This document shows positions 27,709-37,300 of a stretch of 56,445 nucleotides of DNA, one piece after another. A program made the translations under genes and the position numbers. How positions within the stretch are numbered: the stretch's first letter is position 1; every line of letters starts with the position of its first letter. The stretch comes from a bacterium (GTDB lineage Bacteria > Patescibacteriota > Patescibacteriia > Patescibacteriales > UBA12465): the NCBI GenBank assembly GCA_035414245.1, contig DAONYH010000005.1:1-56445 (forward strand), read 5' to 3'. The notes under the pieces are model-generated. The model saw only the letters and a program-made list of their open reading frames with translations, was not told the origin of the DNA and ran no database searches.

Positions 27709-28458
27709 ATGAAAATTGAAATTTTTTTGCCAATCAAAAACGAGGGTTTAATTTTGAACAGTAATCTAAAAAAATTATTAGATTATTTATTTTTAGAATT
27801 TAAGGATTATGATTGGCAAGTCGTGGGTGTGGTTAATAATTCTACTGATAATTCTCTGCAAATTGTGCAGGATTATGAAAAGCGTCAGCCAATTAAAGTA
27901 AAAGCGCTTTCAATTTCTCAGCCCGGTAAAGGGCGAGCCTTAAAAACTGCTTGGCGAGCAAGTCAGGCTGATATTTTAGTATTTATGGATGCTGATTTAG
28001 CGGTTGACTTAGAGGCAACCAAACACTTAATTTTGCCAATCATTAATCAAGAAGCTGATTTAGTGGTTGGCTCGCGTTTTCTGCAAGACTCCTTAGCACA
28101 AAGATCAAAAAGACGAGGATTTTTGTCTCGAAGTTATGTTATATTTTCTAATTTTATTTTAAATCATCAGCAAACCGATATTCAGTGTGGGTTTAAAGCT
28201 ATTAAAAAAGAAGCTTTCCAGCAAATTGAAAAATATTTACAAGATGATTATTGGTTTTTTGATACTGAGTTAGTGGTTTTAGCTCGTTTAGCAAATTTAA
28301 GAATCAAAACAATCCCCGTTAAATGGCGCGAGAATAGGACTGATAGGCAAAAAAGTAATGTTAAGATTTTCCAAGATACTTTTGAATTTATTAAAAATGT
28401 AATTTGCTTTAAAATAAGACTTAAGAAAATTAAAAAATATTTAAGTAAAGATTTATAG
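27709..28458 (+). CDS. Polyprenol-phosphate sugar synthase-type GT2 (Dpm1/GtrB-like)
   Basis: ...VVNNSTDNS..., ...ILVFMDADLAVDL..., ...DLVVGSRF..., ...TDIQCGFKAIKKEAF..., ...WFFDTELVVLA... match the Dpm1/GtrB motif order. Confidence 0.7.
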   Translation: MKIEIFLPIKNEGLILNSNLKKLLDYLFLEFKDYDWQVVGVVNNSTDNSLQIVQDYEKRQPIKVKALSISQPGKGRALKTAWRASQADILVFMDADLAVDLEATKHLILPIINQEADLVVGSRFLQDSLAQRSKRRGFLSRSYVIFSNFILNHQQTDIQCGFKAIKKEAFQQIEKYLQDDYWFFDTELVVLARLANLRIKTIPVKWRENRTDRQKSNVKIFQDTFEFIKNVICFKIRLKKIKKYLSKDL

Positions 28459-28816
28459 TGGCCGTCTTTTGTTTATCCGTCGTGTTAGTTAGTGTAACAG
28501 TGATTAAGCCAAAATTTATATTTTTAAAAGATAATTTATTTAAAGTCGCATAAATAGAAGCGGCTTTTTTTAAATTTAAAATTTGTTTTTGGCTTAAATA
28601 ATTGTCAGTATACAGTTTATAATTTATTGAGCGCGTTTTAATTTTAATTAAACGTGTTTTAATTTCAAATAAAAATATAATTCCGTTCTTTTGAGCAATC
28701 AAATCTAATTCTAAATGTCCCAAGTGTAAATTTTGCGCTTTTATTATATAACCTTTATTGCGTAAATAATTTTTAGCCAGCTCTTCTCCCCAAGCGCCAA
28801 GCCGTTTATTTTTCAT
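28430..28816 (-). CDS. YraN-family (UPF0102) endonuclease-fold protein
   Basis: GAWGEELAKNYLRNKGYIIKAQNLHLGHLELDLIAQKNGIIFLFEIKTR matches the YraN core. It converges on, and overlaps, the GT2 gene by 29 nt. Confidence 0.8.
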   Translation of the reverse strand: MKNKRLGAWGEELAKNYLRNKGYIIKAQNLHLGHLELDLIAQKNGIIFLFEIKTRLIKIKTRSINYKLYTDNYLSQKQILNLKKAASIYATLNKLSFKNINFGLITVTLTNTTDKQKTATINLYLNIF

Positions 28817-28861
28817 ACACTTTTAATTTATCTGTATTTTATGTTCCCTTAAATAAAAGCA

Positions 28862-28879
28862 AGCTCCAAAAAAGGAGCT
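28862..28879 (-). terminator. Terminator hairpin downstream of the 28931 gene
   Basis: AGCTCC-AAAAAA-GGAGCT. On the minus strand it is followed by a T-rich tract. Confidence 0.5.
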
Positions 28880-28930
28880 CGTTTTATTTAAATATGATTA
28901 GAAGATTCAAAAAATTAAGGTAGACAAAAA

Positions 28931-29314
28931 TTAAGGTAGGTATTTTTTTATTTCTTTTTCCGCTTCAAACATTTTTCTTTTTTCTGGAATTTCTTTTATT
29001 TTTTTAAGAATAAAAAACAACCAAACAACTAAACCAATAAACCAAATAGCGAGCCAAAAACGAGCGGTAAAGAAAGGAACATTTTCGTAATAGAAAAATA
29101 GAAATATTAAACCAATAAAAAAGTTAGCCACGGAAAAATCATAAAGATTATTTAAGATTTTTTTAAAGAAACCACCGCGACGTTTTAAGATAAAGCTGAC
29201 TATTCCTAAAATAAAAATTAAAGCTACAAAGCTAATTAAAACAATAAAACCCAATCGAGATAATGGTTCAGGATAGACAGTAAACCAATATTTAATCGTA
29301 AAAAGATTTTTCAT
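28931..29314 (-). CDS. Small integral membrane protein, unknown function
   Basis: 127 aa with three to four hydrophobic helices and a Lys/Glu-rich tail. Confidence 0.55.
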   Translation of the reverse strand: MKNLFTIKYWFTVYPEPLSRLGFIVLISFVALIFILGIVSFILKRRGGFFKKILNNLYDFSVANFFIGLIFLFFYYENVPFFTARFWLAIWFIGLVVWLFFILKKIKEIPEKRKMFEAEKEIKKYLP

Positions 29315-29384
29315 AGCAGTTCATTTATTAAGTAATTAATCATTCGGTATTTAACTGAGCCGAATTTTATAGTTTAGTTAATTT

Positions 29385-29936
29385 TTATAATTTAGTCAAA
29401 ATTAAACCGTAGTGATAAGGGCCGGCCGCAAATTCTTCCTTAATGTCAAAGCCAAGTTTATGAGCGGCTGTTTTTAAGGAAGCTAACTTAAGGCGTCTTT
29501 CTGGTTTTGGTCCAATCGGTGTGTCAGCACTGTTCCAATCAACGATTAAAAGTTTTCCGCCAATTTTTAACATGCGCCAGGCTTCGCGTAAAATATTAGC
29601 CCGATTATTTGATTGATGGAGAACATTAACTAGTAGGGCGGCATCTAAAGTATTAGCTTCAATTTTAGTTCCTTTAAATATTTCCAAATTGCTCCAAATA
29701 GTGATAACTTGCGGTAAATTTTCTTTAGTTGCGCGCGCTTTAATTTCTTGCAAAGTTGATTTTAAAATATCAACCGCGTAAACTTTTCCGGAACGTCCAA
29801 CCAAGCGAGCGATGGGAAAGACAAAAAAACCGAAATTACCACAACCTAATTCCGCCACAATCTGTCTTTCTCCTATGGACATTTTATGCAAAATAGTCGC
29901 AATGTCAAATAAAGCGCTTTTTTTTATCTCGAGCAT
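29385..29936 (-). CDS. Class I SAM-dependent methyltransferase
   Basis: Motif I VAELGCGNFGF, followed by VYAVDI and GGKLLIVDW. Confidence 0.75.
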   Translation of the reverse strand: MLEIKKSALFDIATILHKMSIGERQIVAELGCGNFGFFVFPIARLVGRSGKVYAVDILKSTLQEIKARATKENLPQVITIWSNLEIFKGTKIEANTLDAALLVNVLHQSNNRANILREAWRMLKIGGKLLIVDWNSADTPIGPKPERRLKLASLKTAAHKLGFDIKEEFAAGPYHYGLILTKL

Positions 29937-29984
29937 ATAAATAATTTTATTTTTTTATTTAATATTAGATAAATTAAATAAAAT

Positions 29985-30644
29985 CTATTCAACTAAAATT
30001 TGTCTAATAATAATATTTTCCCGACTGTATTTTTTCTTAGCACTAACTTCAATAGTATTTACTCCTTTTTTTAAATCAACTAATTTAGAAAATTCGCCAT
30101 TAGTATCACTTAAAATCAGTTCGCCATTTATTTTTATTTCCGCCTCTTTTTCTGTTTGTCCGATCACCATTAAGGATGATTCTTGAACTGATAAGTCGCT
30201 ATCAGGTTGAAGTAGAGTTAATTTTGGTGGCAAAATAATTTTATTAAAGTAAAAAATCAGGTATAAAAAACAAATTATGATTGCCAAACTGATAATTATA
30301 TTTCTGATTATTTTAGGAAAAACTCGTAAGCGACTTTTTTTTAGAATTTTCTGTGAAAAAGGATCAGTGCTTTTTAGTTCATCTTGTAAATCTGATAATA
30401 GACTGGGATGAGATGATAAATCAACTTCTAAAAATTCAGCATATTTTTTCAAATAATTTTTCGCATACAAACCAGCCGGTAAAAGATCTAAGTCTTCTGT
30501 TTCTAAAGCCAATAAATATTCACGACGAATTTTTAGTTTTTCGGCGACAGTTTCTAAACTTAGATTTTTAAAATTACGAGCCCTTCTCAGTTCTTCTCCC
30601 CAGCTATCCTCAGTTATTATTTTTTTGGGAACAAAAGAGTTCAT
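29985..30644 (-). CDS. RodZ-like HTH-domain membrane protein
   Basis: N-terminal XRE-type HTH (WGEELRRARNFKNLSLETVAEKLKIRREYLLALE), a central TM helix, and a C-terminal beta-rich extracytoplasmic domain. Confidence 0.7.
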   Translation of the reverse strand: MNSFVPKKIITEDSWGEELRRARNFKNLSLETVAEKLKIRREYLLALETEDLDLLPAGLYAKNYLKKYAEFLEVDLSSHPSLLSDLQDELKSTDPFSQKILKKSRLRVFPKIIRNIIISLAIIICFLYLIFYFNKIILPPKLTLLQPDSDLSVQESSLMVIGQTEKEAEIKINGELILSDTNGEFSKLVDLKKGVNTIEVSAKKKYSRENIIIRQILVE

Positions 30645-30646
30645 GC

Positions 30647-31096
30647 TTATCTACTTAAATTTACTGTTCCGTTAAAAGAAAACTTGCCCTGTGCGCCTAA
30701 AGTATCGGCAACAAATTTGATTATTAGCCAGCTGGAAAAAACAATTATTAACCCAATGATAGCTGCTATTAATGTCCTTTTTGCTTTTGCAATTTTATCG
30801 CTTGAGCCGGCGGAAATTAAAAACATTACTCCTCCGTAAACAAACATTATTAAAGCTAAAGAGCCGACTAAACCAAGAATTAACTGCGCAATATTAATTG
30901 CTAGAGTAACCAAATCACTCACTGCGTAGTCGCCGCAGTAGGTTCCATCTTTACAAGTAGTATCTCCGGTGGCGGCTGGCATTATTCCTCCTTGAGCTAA
31001 AGCATTTTCTATTAAGGGCGAATTATTGATAGTAAAAATTCCAAGAAAAAATAAGATACTGAAAAGCGAGGTAATGAATAGACTTTTTTTAAACAT
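30647..31096 (-). CDS. VirB2/TrbC-like pilin-type small membrane protein, dispersed copy 7
   Basis: Signal peptide ending NALA|QGG, a variable segment with a Cys pair (TTCKDGTYCGDY), TM1, the loop GGVMFLISAGSSDKIAKAKR, TM2, and an extended tail. Confidence 0.65.
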   Translation of the reverse strand: MFKKSLFITSLFSILFFLGIFTINNSPLIENALAQGGIMPAATGDTTCKDGTYCGDYAVSDLVTLAINIAQLILGLVGSLALIMFVYGGVMFLISAGSSDKIAKAKRTLIAAIIGLIIVFSSWLIIKFVADTLGAQGKFSFNGTVNLSR

Positions 31097-31100
31097 ATTT

Positions 31101-32477
31101 TTAATAAATAGTTTGTTGTACTCGAGAGGCAGTGGTATTTAAAATATTGGGCATTCTATCAGCGGTGTTAATTAGGACTGCGTCAATCATTTCTTTAATG
31201 GCGTTTTCGGCCGCGACTACATTCATGCCTTGATACCAACTGCGAGCCGTTAATACTTGATCAGCAAAGACACCAATCTCATCATCATTTCTTTGATTGG
31301 AGATTAAGGAGCGAAGTGCAGTGGGTTTTTTAGTTTTTTCTAAATAAGAACCAACTTGTTCGCTTTTAGTCATGAATTGTACAAAGTCCCAAGCTTCATT
31401 GATATGAGCGCTTTTTTTAGAAACAGTTTCCACCCAGTAATTAGCAAAATTAATATTAGTAGGCGGGTTGCCTTCAATTTGCGGAAATTTAGAAACAGAG
31501 AAATTTAATTTTGGCGCCACTGCTTTGATTAAGGGAATATGATAAGAATAGCCAAACATAATGGCTAAATTACCACTGGAAAACATTTCTAGAGAATTTC
31601 CCAACTCATTATTCCAAGTGTAAGACTCTTTGCCGGGATTGGCAAAATCAGTGTAAAAACGTAAAGCTTCTAAGCCGGGATTATAACCGGTTTCGCGCGC
31701 AAATTCTGGAATGCTATTAAAAACTACTTGATTACTATCATTAATAATTGTGGCACCGTTTTGCATCATTAGGAGCATTAAAATATCACTATATCTTTCA
31801 ATATTATTACTGCCACCCATAGCCACTCCAGATTGAATTAAGCCTCTTTTAGGATCTTGTTTAGTTAATTTTTTTACAGCATTTAAAAATTCACGATTCC
31901 AATAGCGTGGTACTTCGCTAATACCGGCGTTATTGAGTAAATCTTTGTTATAAAACATGGCTAAGGTATCAACTGACAATGGCAAGCCATAAACTTTGTT
32001 GTCTAAAATCACATCTTTAGCAACGACATCAACAAAATTATCTTTTATTTCTCTTAAGCTTAAACTACGATTAGTGCGCATTTGCATAATCGTTTCTTTT
32101 TTAACAGTTCCGGTAACAACCGGATAAGCCATTGTCGTTGTTTCCGGCATTGGCTCAATTTTTGTTTTATATTTTTTTATCCAAGTATTATGAATAGAAA
32201 AAATATCTGGCCCGCGATCTTCGGCTAAAGCATTAAGTAGTTCTTTCTCATATTCCTCATAACGTAATTTGCGATATTCAATATTGATAAAGGGATGTTG
32301 TAATTTATAATTAGCAATAATTTCATCAAAGGCATCTGGTCCATCAAAAACACGCCAGTAAACAAGAGTAATTGGTTTGGCCGCTTCAATAACTTTATTA
32401 TCCGGTTTTTTGCAGCCAAAACCGGAGGTAATTAAGAAAATAGCCAATAGACAAAGAATGGTTATTTTTTTGAACAT
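31101..32477 (-). CDS. Extracellular solute-binding lipoprotein, family 1 (sugar type)
   Basis: Lipobox LITSGFGC. SBP_bac_1-like sequence (...LVYWRVFDGPDAFDEIIANYKLQHPFINIEY..., ...YGLPLSVDTLAMFYNKDLL...). No permease genes are adjacent. Confidence 0.8.
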   Translation of the reverse strand: MFKKITILCLLAIFLITSGFGCKKPDNKVIEAAKPITLVYWRVFDGPDAFDEIIANYKLQHPFINIEYRKLRYEEYEKELLNALAEDRGPDIFSIHNTWIKKYKTKIEPMPETTTMAYPVVTGTVKKETIMQMRTNRSLSLREIKDNFVDVVAKDVILDNKVYGLPLSVDTLAMFYNKDLLNNAGISEVPRYWNREFLNAVKKLTKQDPKRGLIQSGVAMGGSNNIERYSDILMLLMMQNGATIINDSNQVVFNSIPEFARETGYNPGLEALRFYTDFANPGKESYTWNNELGNSLEMFSSGNLAIMFGYSYHIPLIKAVAPKLNFSVSKFPQIEGNPPTNINFANYWVETVSKKSAHINEAWDFVQFMTKSEQVGSYLEKTKKPTALRSLISNQRNDDEIGVFADQVLTARSWYQGMNVVAAENAIKEMIDAVLINTADRMPNILNTTASRVQQTIY

Positions 32478-32530
32478 ATTTTTATTTTTAGCTGCTTTTA
32501 TTATAACAAAGATAAGGCAATAATTCCAAC

Positions 32531-34156
32531 TTAATCAAGGCGCGGACGATATTGAATGGCCTCGGCAATATGACAACTTTTAATCGCCGAACAATTTTCT
32601 AAATCAGCAATCGTGCGTGCGATTTTAAAAATCTTAAAATAAGAACGATTTGATAAATTTAATTTTTTTGCGGCCGCACTTATTAATTCTAGACCATCGT
32701 GATTAACTCGGCAAAAAAGATTTATTTTATTTGTGGGGATGTAAGCGTTAAGTGGATAAGGAAATTCTGATAGACGTTTAGCTTGAATTTCACGCGCCCT
32801 TTTTATAGTTTCTTTCGTTTTTTCAACATTATTAACATTATCAACATCATTAATTTCAAGATTATTTAGAGCGTGATTATTTAATTCTTCAGGCGACAGA
32901 TTAGAAACTTCAACTTGCAGATCAATTCTATCTAGAATAGGACCGGAAATTTTTTGTCGGTATTTATTTATTTTTTCTGGAGTGCAAAAACAATTTTTTC
33001 CTTTTATACCTTTAAAACCACAAGGACAAAGATTCATGGCTGCAATCAAAATAAACCGAGCTGGTAAAAATAGATTGCCACCAGCGCGACTGATAGTTAT
33101 TTGTCCAGTTTCCAGTGGTTGCCTTAAACTTTCTATCACCGAGCGATTAAATTCAGGAAATTCATCAAGAAATAAAATACCGAGATGCGCCAAGGAAATT
33201 TCCCCGGGTCTAAATTTTGTTCCTCCACCAATCATAGCCACTGTTGAAGCACTATGATGAGGCGCGCGAAAAGGACGTTTTAAATTTAAAGAATAATTAT
33301 TGGTTCTTGAATAATTATTAATTCCTGAATAATTATTGATCCCCGGTATGTCAGCGGCGCTATAAATTTGCGCGATTGCTAGTGATTCCTCGGCACTTAA
33401 AGGGGGCAAGATACTCATGGCGGCTTGCGCTAAAGAAGTTTTGCCACTCCCGGGCGGACCACTTAATAAAATATTATGACCGCCGGCAATAGCTATTTTT
33501 AAAGCCCGCTTAGCTTGTTCTTGTCCGTGAATTTTAGAAAAATCAAAAACATCACTTGCCTTGTTGCTAGTATTATTATTTAGGGGCGGATTATTTATTG
33601 ACGAATTATTTATTAGTGTTTTTAGCGAGTATTTTTTAAAAATTATTTCTTTAGTTAAAGACAAGAAAAAGTCGCGCAGATTATATAAAGGAATAATGTC
33701 TAAACCAGCAACCAAACTAGCTTCTGAACAATTTTCTAAAGGTAAAAAAATTTTTTTCAAACCCTGTTTTTTGGCAGTCAGAGCCAATGCCACCGCTCCT
33801 TTTATTTTTTTTATTTCTCCAGACAAAGATAGCTCTCCCGCGATTAAGCAATCAGCCAAATTATATTTTAGTTCGTATTTTAAAGCTAAAATACTAATGG
33901 CAATCGGAACATCATAGCTTGAACCAACTTTTTTTAAGTCGGCCGGCGCTAAATTTATAGTCACCTTTCTTTTAGGAAATTCAAAATTACTGTTTTTTAT
34001 TGCGCCTCTCACTCTTTCCTTAGCTTCGGTTAATGATGTATCAGGCAGACCGACGATAATCATCTGACCAAAATCACCACCACCGAGAGTAGCTTCAATT
34101 TCTACTATTTGTGCGTTAATACCAATCAGCGCTCCAGATAAAATTTTTTGAATCAT
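32531..34156 (-). CDS. comM: YifB/ComM-family Mg-chelatase-like AAA+ ATPase
   Basis: Lon-protease-like N-domain, Walker A LLSGPPGSGKTSLA, RPFRAPHHSAS, and LFLDEFPEF. The preferred start is MIQKIL (34156), because the longer ORF would run into a hairpin. Confidence 0.88.
   Translation of the reverse strand: MIQKILSGALIGINAQIVEIEATLGGGDFGQMIIVGLPDTSLTEAKERVRGAIKNSNFEFPKRKVTINLAPADLKKVGSSYDVPIAISILALKYELKYNLADCLIAGELSLSGEIKKIKGAVALALTAKKQGLKKIFLPLENCSEASLVAGLDIIPLYNLRDFFLSLTKEIIFKKYSLKTLINNSSINNPPLNNNTSNKASDVFDFSKIHGQEQAKRALKIAIAGGHNILLSGPPGSGKTSLAQAAMSILPPLSAEESLAIAQIYSAADIPGINNYSGINNYSRTNNYSLNLKRPFRAPHHSASTVAMIGGGTKFRPGEISLAHLGILFLDEFPEFNRSVIESLRQPLETGQITISRAGGNLFLPARFILIAAMNLCPCGFKGIKGKNCFCTPEKINKYRQKISGPILDRIDLQVEVSNLSPEELNNHALNNLEINDVDNVNNVEKTKETIKRAREIQAKRLSEFPYPLNAYIPTNKINLFCRVNHDGLELISAAAKKLNLSNRSYFKIFKIARTIADLENCSAIKSCHIAEAIQYRPRLD
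33291..33344 (-). repeat. In-frame 18-bp x3 tandem repeat inside comM
   Basis: The plus strand reads GAATAATTATTGGTTCTT / GAATAATTATTAATTCCT / GAATAATTATTGATCCCC, encoding GINNYS-GINNYS-RTNNYS. Confidence 0.95.
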
Positions 34157-34309
34157 AAAATTAAAATCGCCCTGCAAAGAGCGATTTTATTTTAACAGAT
34201 AGCGAGTAAAGTATTGCTAAACTAATATTAAATTTTCAGTTAAATTATTTTTTACGCGGAATAAACAAACGAGAAGTAAATTAATGCGAGATTTTTTAGA
34301 TTGAAAAAA

Positions 34310-37300
34310 TTACTTTTTAAAATTATTTTCCGCTTCATCTAATTTAACACTCAAAATTTGACTGACACCATCGGTTTGCATGGTTACACCGTATAAAATA
34401 CTGGCGCGACGCATTGAGGCGCGATTATGAGTAACAACAATAAACTGTGTTTTGTTTGATAAATCGTCCAAAATTTTTGCTAGGCGTTCAGAGTTTGATT
34501 CGTCTAAGGCCGCATCAACTTCATCTAAAACTACAAATGGTGATGGATTTGCGCTAATAATAGCACAAATTAAAGCAATAGCCGTTAGAGCCCTTTCTCC
34601 GCCAGATAGCATAGCCACGGTTTGAATTTTTTTGCCCGGTGGCGTAGCTTGAATATCAATACCAGCCAAACCAACCGCATTGTATTTTTTTAAGAATTTT
34701 ATTTTGTTCATTTTTTCTTCCGCCGCTTTTCTCATTTCCATTTCCGCCGGTGTTAATCCTTCCTCCGTTGAATGGTTTTTATTTTGATTATTTTTATTTT
34801 CTTCTTTTTCCAAATCTTCAATCATGATTTTAGAAATTTTAGCGTTGCCACCGTTAAAAAGAATTTTAAAATAATCATTAAATTTTTCAGAGATGATTTT
34901 AAATTCCTGATCAAAACGAGATTTAATATTTAAATCAAGTTCATAAATAATCTGTTCTAAAGATTTAATGGCTTGGTTAAGATCAGTGGTTTGATTATTT
35001 AAGAAATCATAACGAGTTTTAGTTTCGGCAAATTCTTGTTCAGTTTCCGGATCAATACCACCAATTTGATCTAGTTGACTTTTCCATTGAGCAATATTTT
35101 TTTGCAAACGTTCTAAATCAACTTCATTAATCTTAATTTCCAAACGGCTAATTTCCGTAATATCTAGCTGATTGCTTCTAATATTATTTTCTAATTCTTC
35201 CAATTTTGTTTCTTGACGAGTGGCGTTAATTTTTAGCTCATTTAAATCCGAAACCACTTTAGATATTTCTTGTTGCAAAGATTGAATATTTTTTTGACAA
35301 GCAAACAGATCATTTTTTTCTTTTTCTTTGGCCGCGTTTAATTCATCTAATTTAGAAACCACTTCTTTTATCTCGGCGTTAATTTTTTCAATCGCTTTGT
35401 TAATTTCTTCCTTGTCTTCATTAATTGAATGAGCGTCAAATTTTAGTTCTGCTTTAGACATTTTTTCTTTTAGGTCAGCTAATTCTTTTTCTAAATCAGA
35501 TTTTTTGTCATTTATTAGTTTAAGTCGTTCGTTAATGGTTGAATCTTTAAGACGACAAGCTTGCAGACTTTCCAAAAGACTTTGTTTTTTTTCAACTAAC
35601 ACCTCATCTTTAAGATCTAAAGATAGTTGTCTTTGCTTTTCTGTTAGTTCTTTCAGTTGACGATTAAGCGCCACTTTTTCATTTTCAATTTTTTGCCCAT
35701 CAAATTTAGTTTGTGCCTTCTCAAGACTGACTTTTATTTCCGCTAACTCCTTGTTTAATCTTTCTTTTTTCTCCTGAATGATTCTTAATTTTTCCGTGGC
35801 TGAATTAAGACGCAACAGTTCATCATTCAAACGATCATTGAGAGCTTGTTTTTTTTCGGCTAAAGCAATAATGGCGGTTTGTGTTTCTTGAATTTGTTGA
35901 GAATCTTCATCGCTTTCGCCTGTGAGAATAACTTTAATTTTCGCTTGAAATTGAGTTTTGGCTTCATTAATTAATCGGCGTAATTTATTTAAATCAGTTT
36001 CCGTTTCTAAATCATCTAATTTTTTCAAAAATTCATTAACTATGCGACTGATTTCTTCGTTTTTTCCACCTGATTTAGCGGCTACTTTTATTTTTTCCGT
36101 GATTTGATTTAGCTTTTGATTCAAGCGGTTCATTTCCGTTTGAATATCTTGCAGTTTATTTTTTAGTTTTTCACTTTCTGTTGGCTCAATCTCTTTTTCC
36201 AGTTGAAATATATCTTCCGTGATTTTTTCTAACTCAGAATTAATTTCATTTTTTTTATTATTCAACCAAGAAACATTAAACTGTCCGCTCGCCTCCAAAC
36301 TCGCCTCTAAAATCGCTTCTAACTTTGTTAATTGGCGATTCAAGTTAAGTTTTTCTTGCTCAAGATTAGAAATTGTTTTTTTGATTTCTAAACTAGCGTC
36401 AAGCTCGGCATCAATTTCTTTAAGCTGAGCAAGCAGGGATGCTTCTTCATTTTTCGGGCGACTTTTTTCCAAGGAATTTATTTCTAATACTAAATTTTCC
36501 AACTCTACTTCCAGTTCGTTTGATTTATTATTCAGCCAAGAAACATCAAATTGCCCCTGAGATTCTAATTGAAGCTCTAATTCGGCCTGAAGTTTGCTAA
36601 ATTTTTTTTGTAATTGATTTTTTTGGCTTTCTAAATCACGCAAACGGGGCTGTAGTTCATTAATTTCTCGAAAATTATCAGTTGCTCGCAAACGATTTAA
36701 GTCATCATCTAATTTATCTAACTTTTTTTCTTTTTCAATCTTAACTTTTTCCAGGTCTAAATATTTATTGTTAAAATTATTCAACTGTTTATTTATGTCT
36801 TGCCAAATAAAGCTGTAGTAATCAAGTTGAGCGGCTTTTAAATTTTTTTCAATTTCATCTCGTCTTTTTAATTTATCAACTTGGCGAGTTAAACTTTTTA
36901 AACGTGGTTTTATTTCCGAAAGTAGCATGTCCACTTGTTGAAGATTTTCATAACTAGATTCTAGCTTGTTTAAAGCGGCGTCTCTTTTTATTTGGAATTG
37001 TTTAACACCCGTTGCTTCATCAAAAAAATCTTTTCTTTCCGCCGCGGAAGTATTTAAAAAATTTTCTACCATCCCTTGGCCGATAACGCTGTAAGTTTTT
37101 TGACCGAAGTTGGCTTTAGCGAGAAGCATTTGAATATCTGCCAAGCGAACACGATTATTATTAAGAAGATACTCACTCTCACCACTGCGAAAAATACGAC
37201 GGGTAATCACAATTTCTTTACAAGTTTTAAGAATCTGATCAAGTTCATTATTTTTTTCCGGATCAGCTTCATCTTCTAAATAACGAGTAATTTTTTCTTC

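Noticed and set aside
3216-37279. Short antisense or out-of-frame ORFs nested in long genes: 3216-3506, 4081-4383, 7698-7931, 12803-13036, 17087-17290, 17716-17913, 21505-21753, 22904-23104, 23404-23673, 26408-26593, 30353-30571, 32225-32419, 32982-33257, 33561-33917, 36219-36428, 37076-37279. Later examples: 41453-41644, 43525-43862, 48021-48314, 50032-50214, 52143-53097, 54299-54493
   Set aside because: Each is fully embedded in a longer ORF that has clear family signatures. Their translations are low-complexity mirror images, as is typical of AT-rich genomes.
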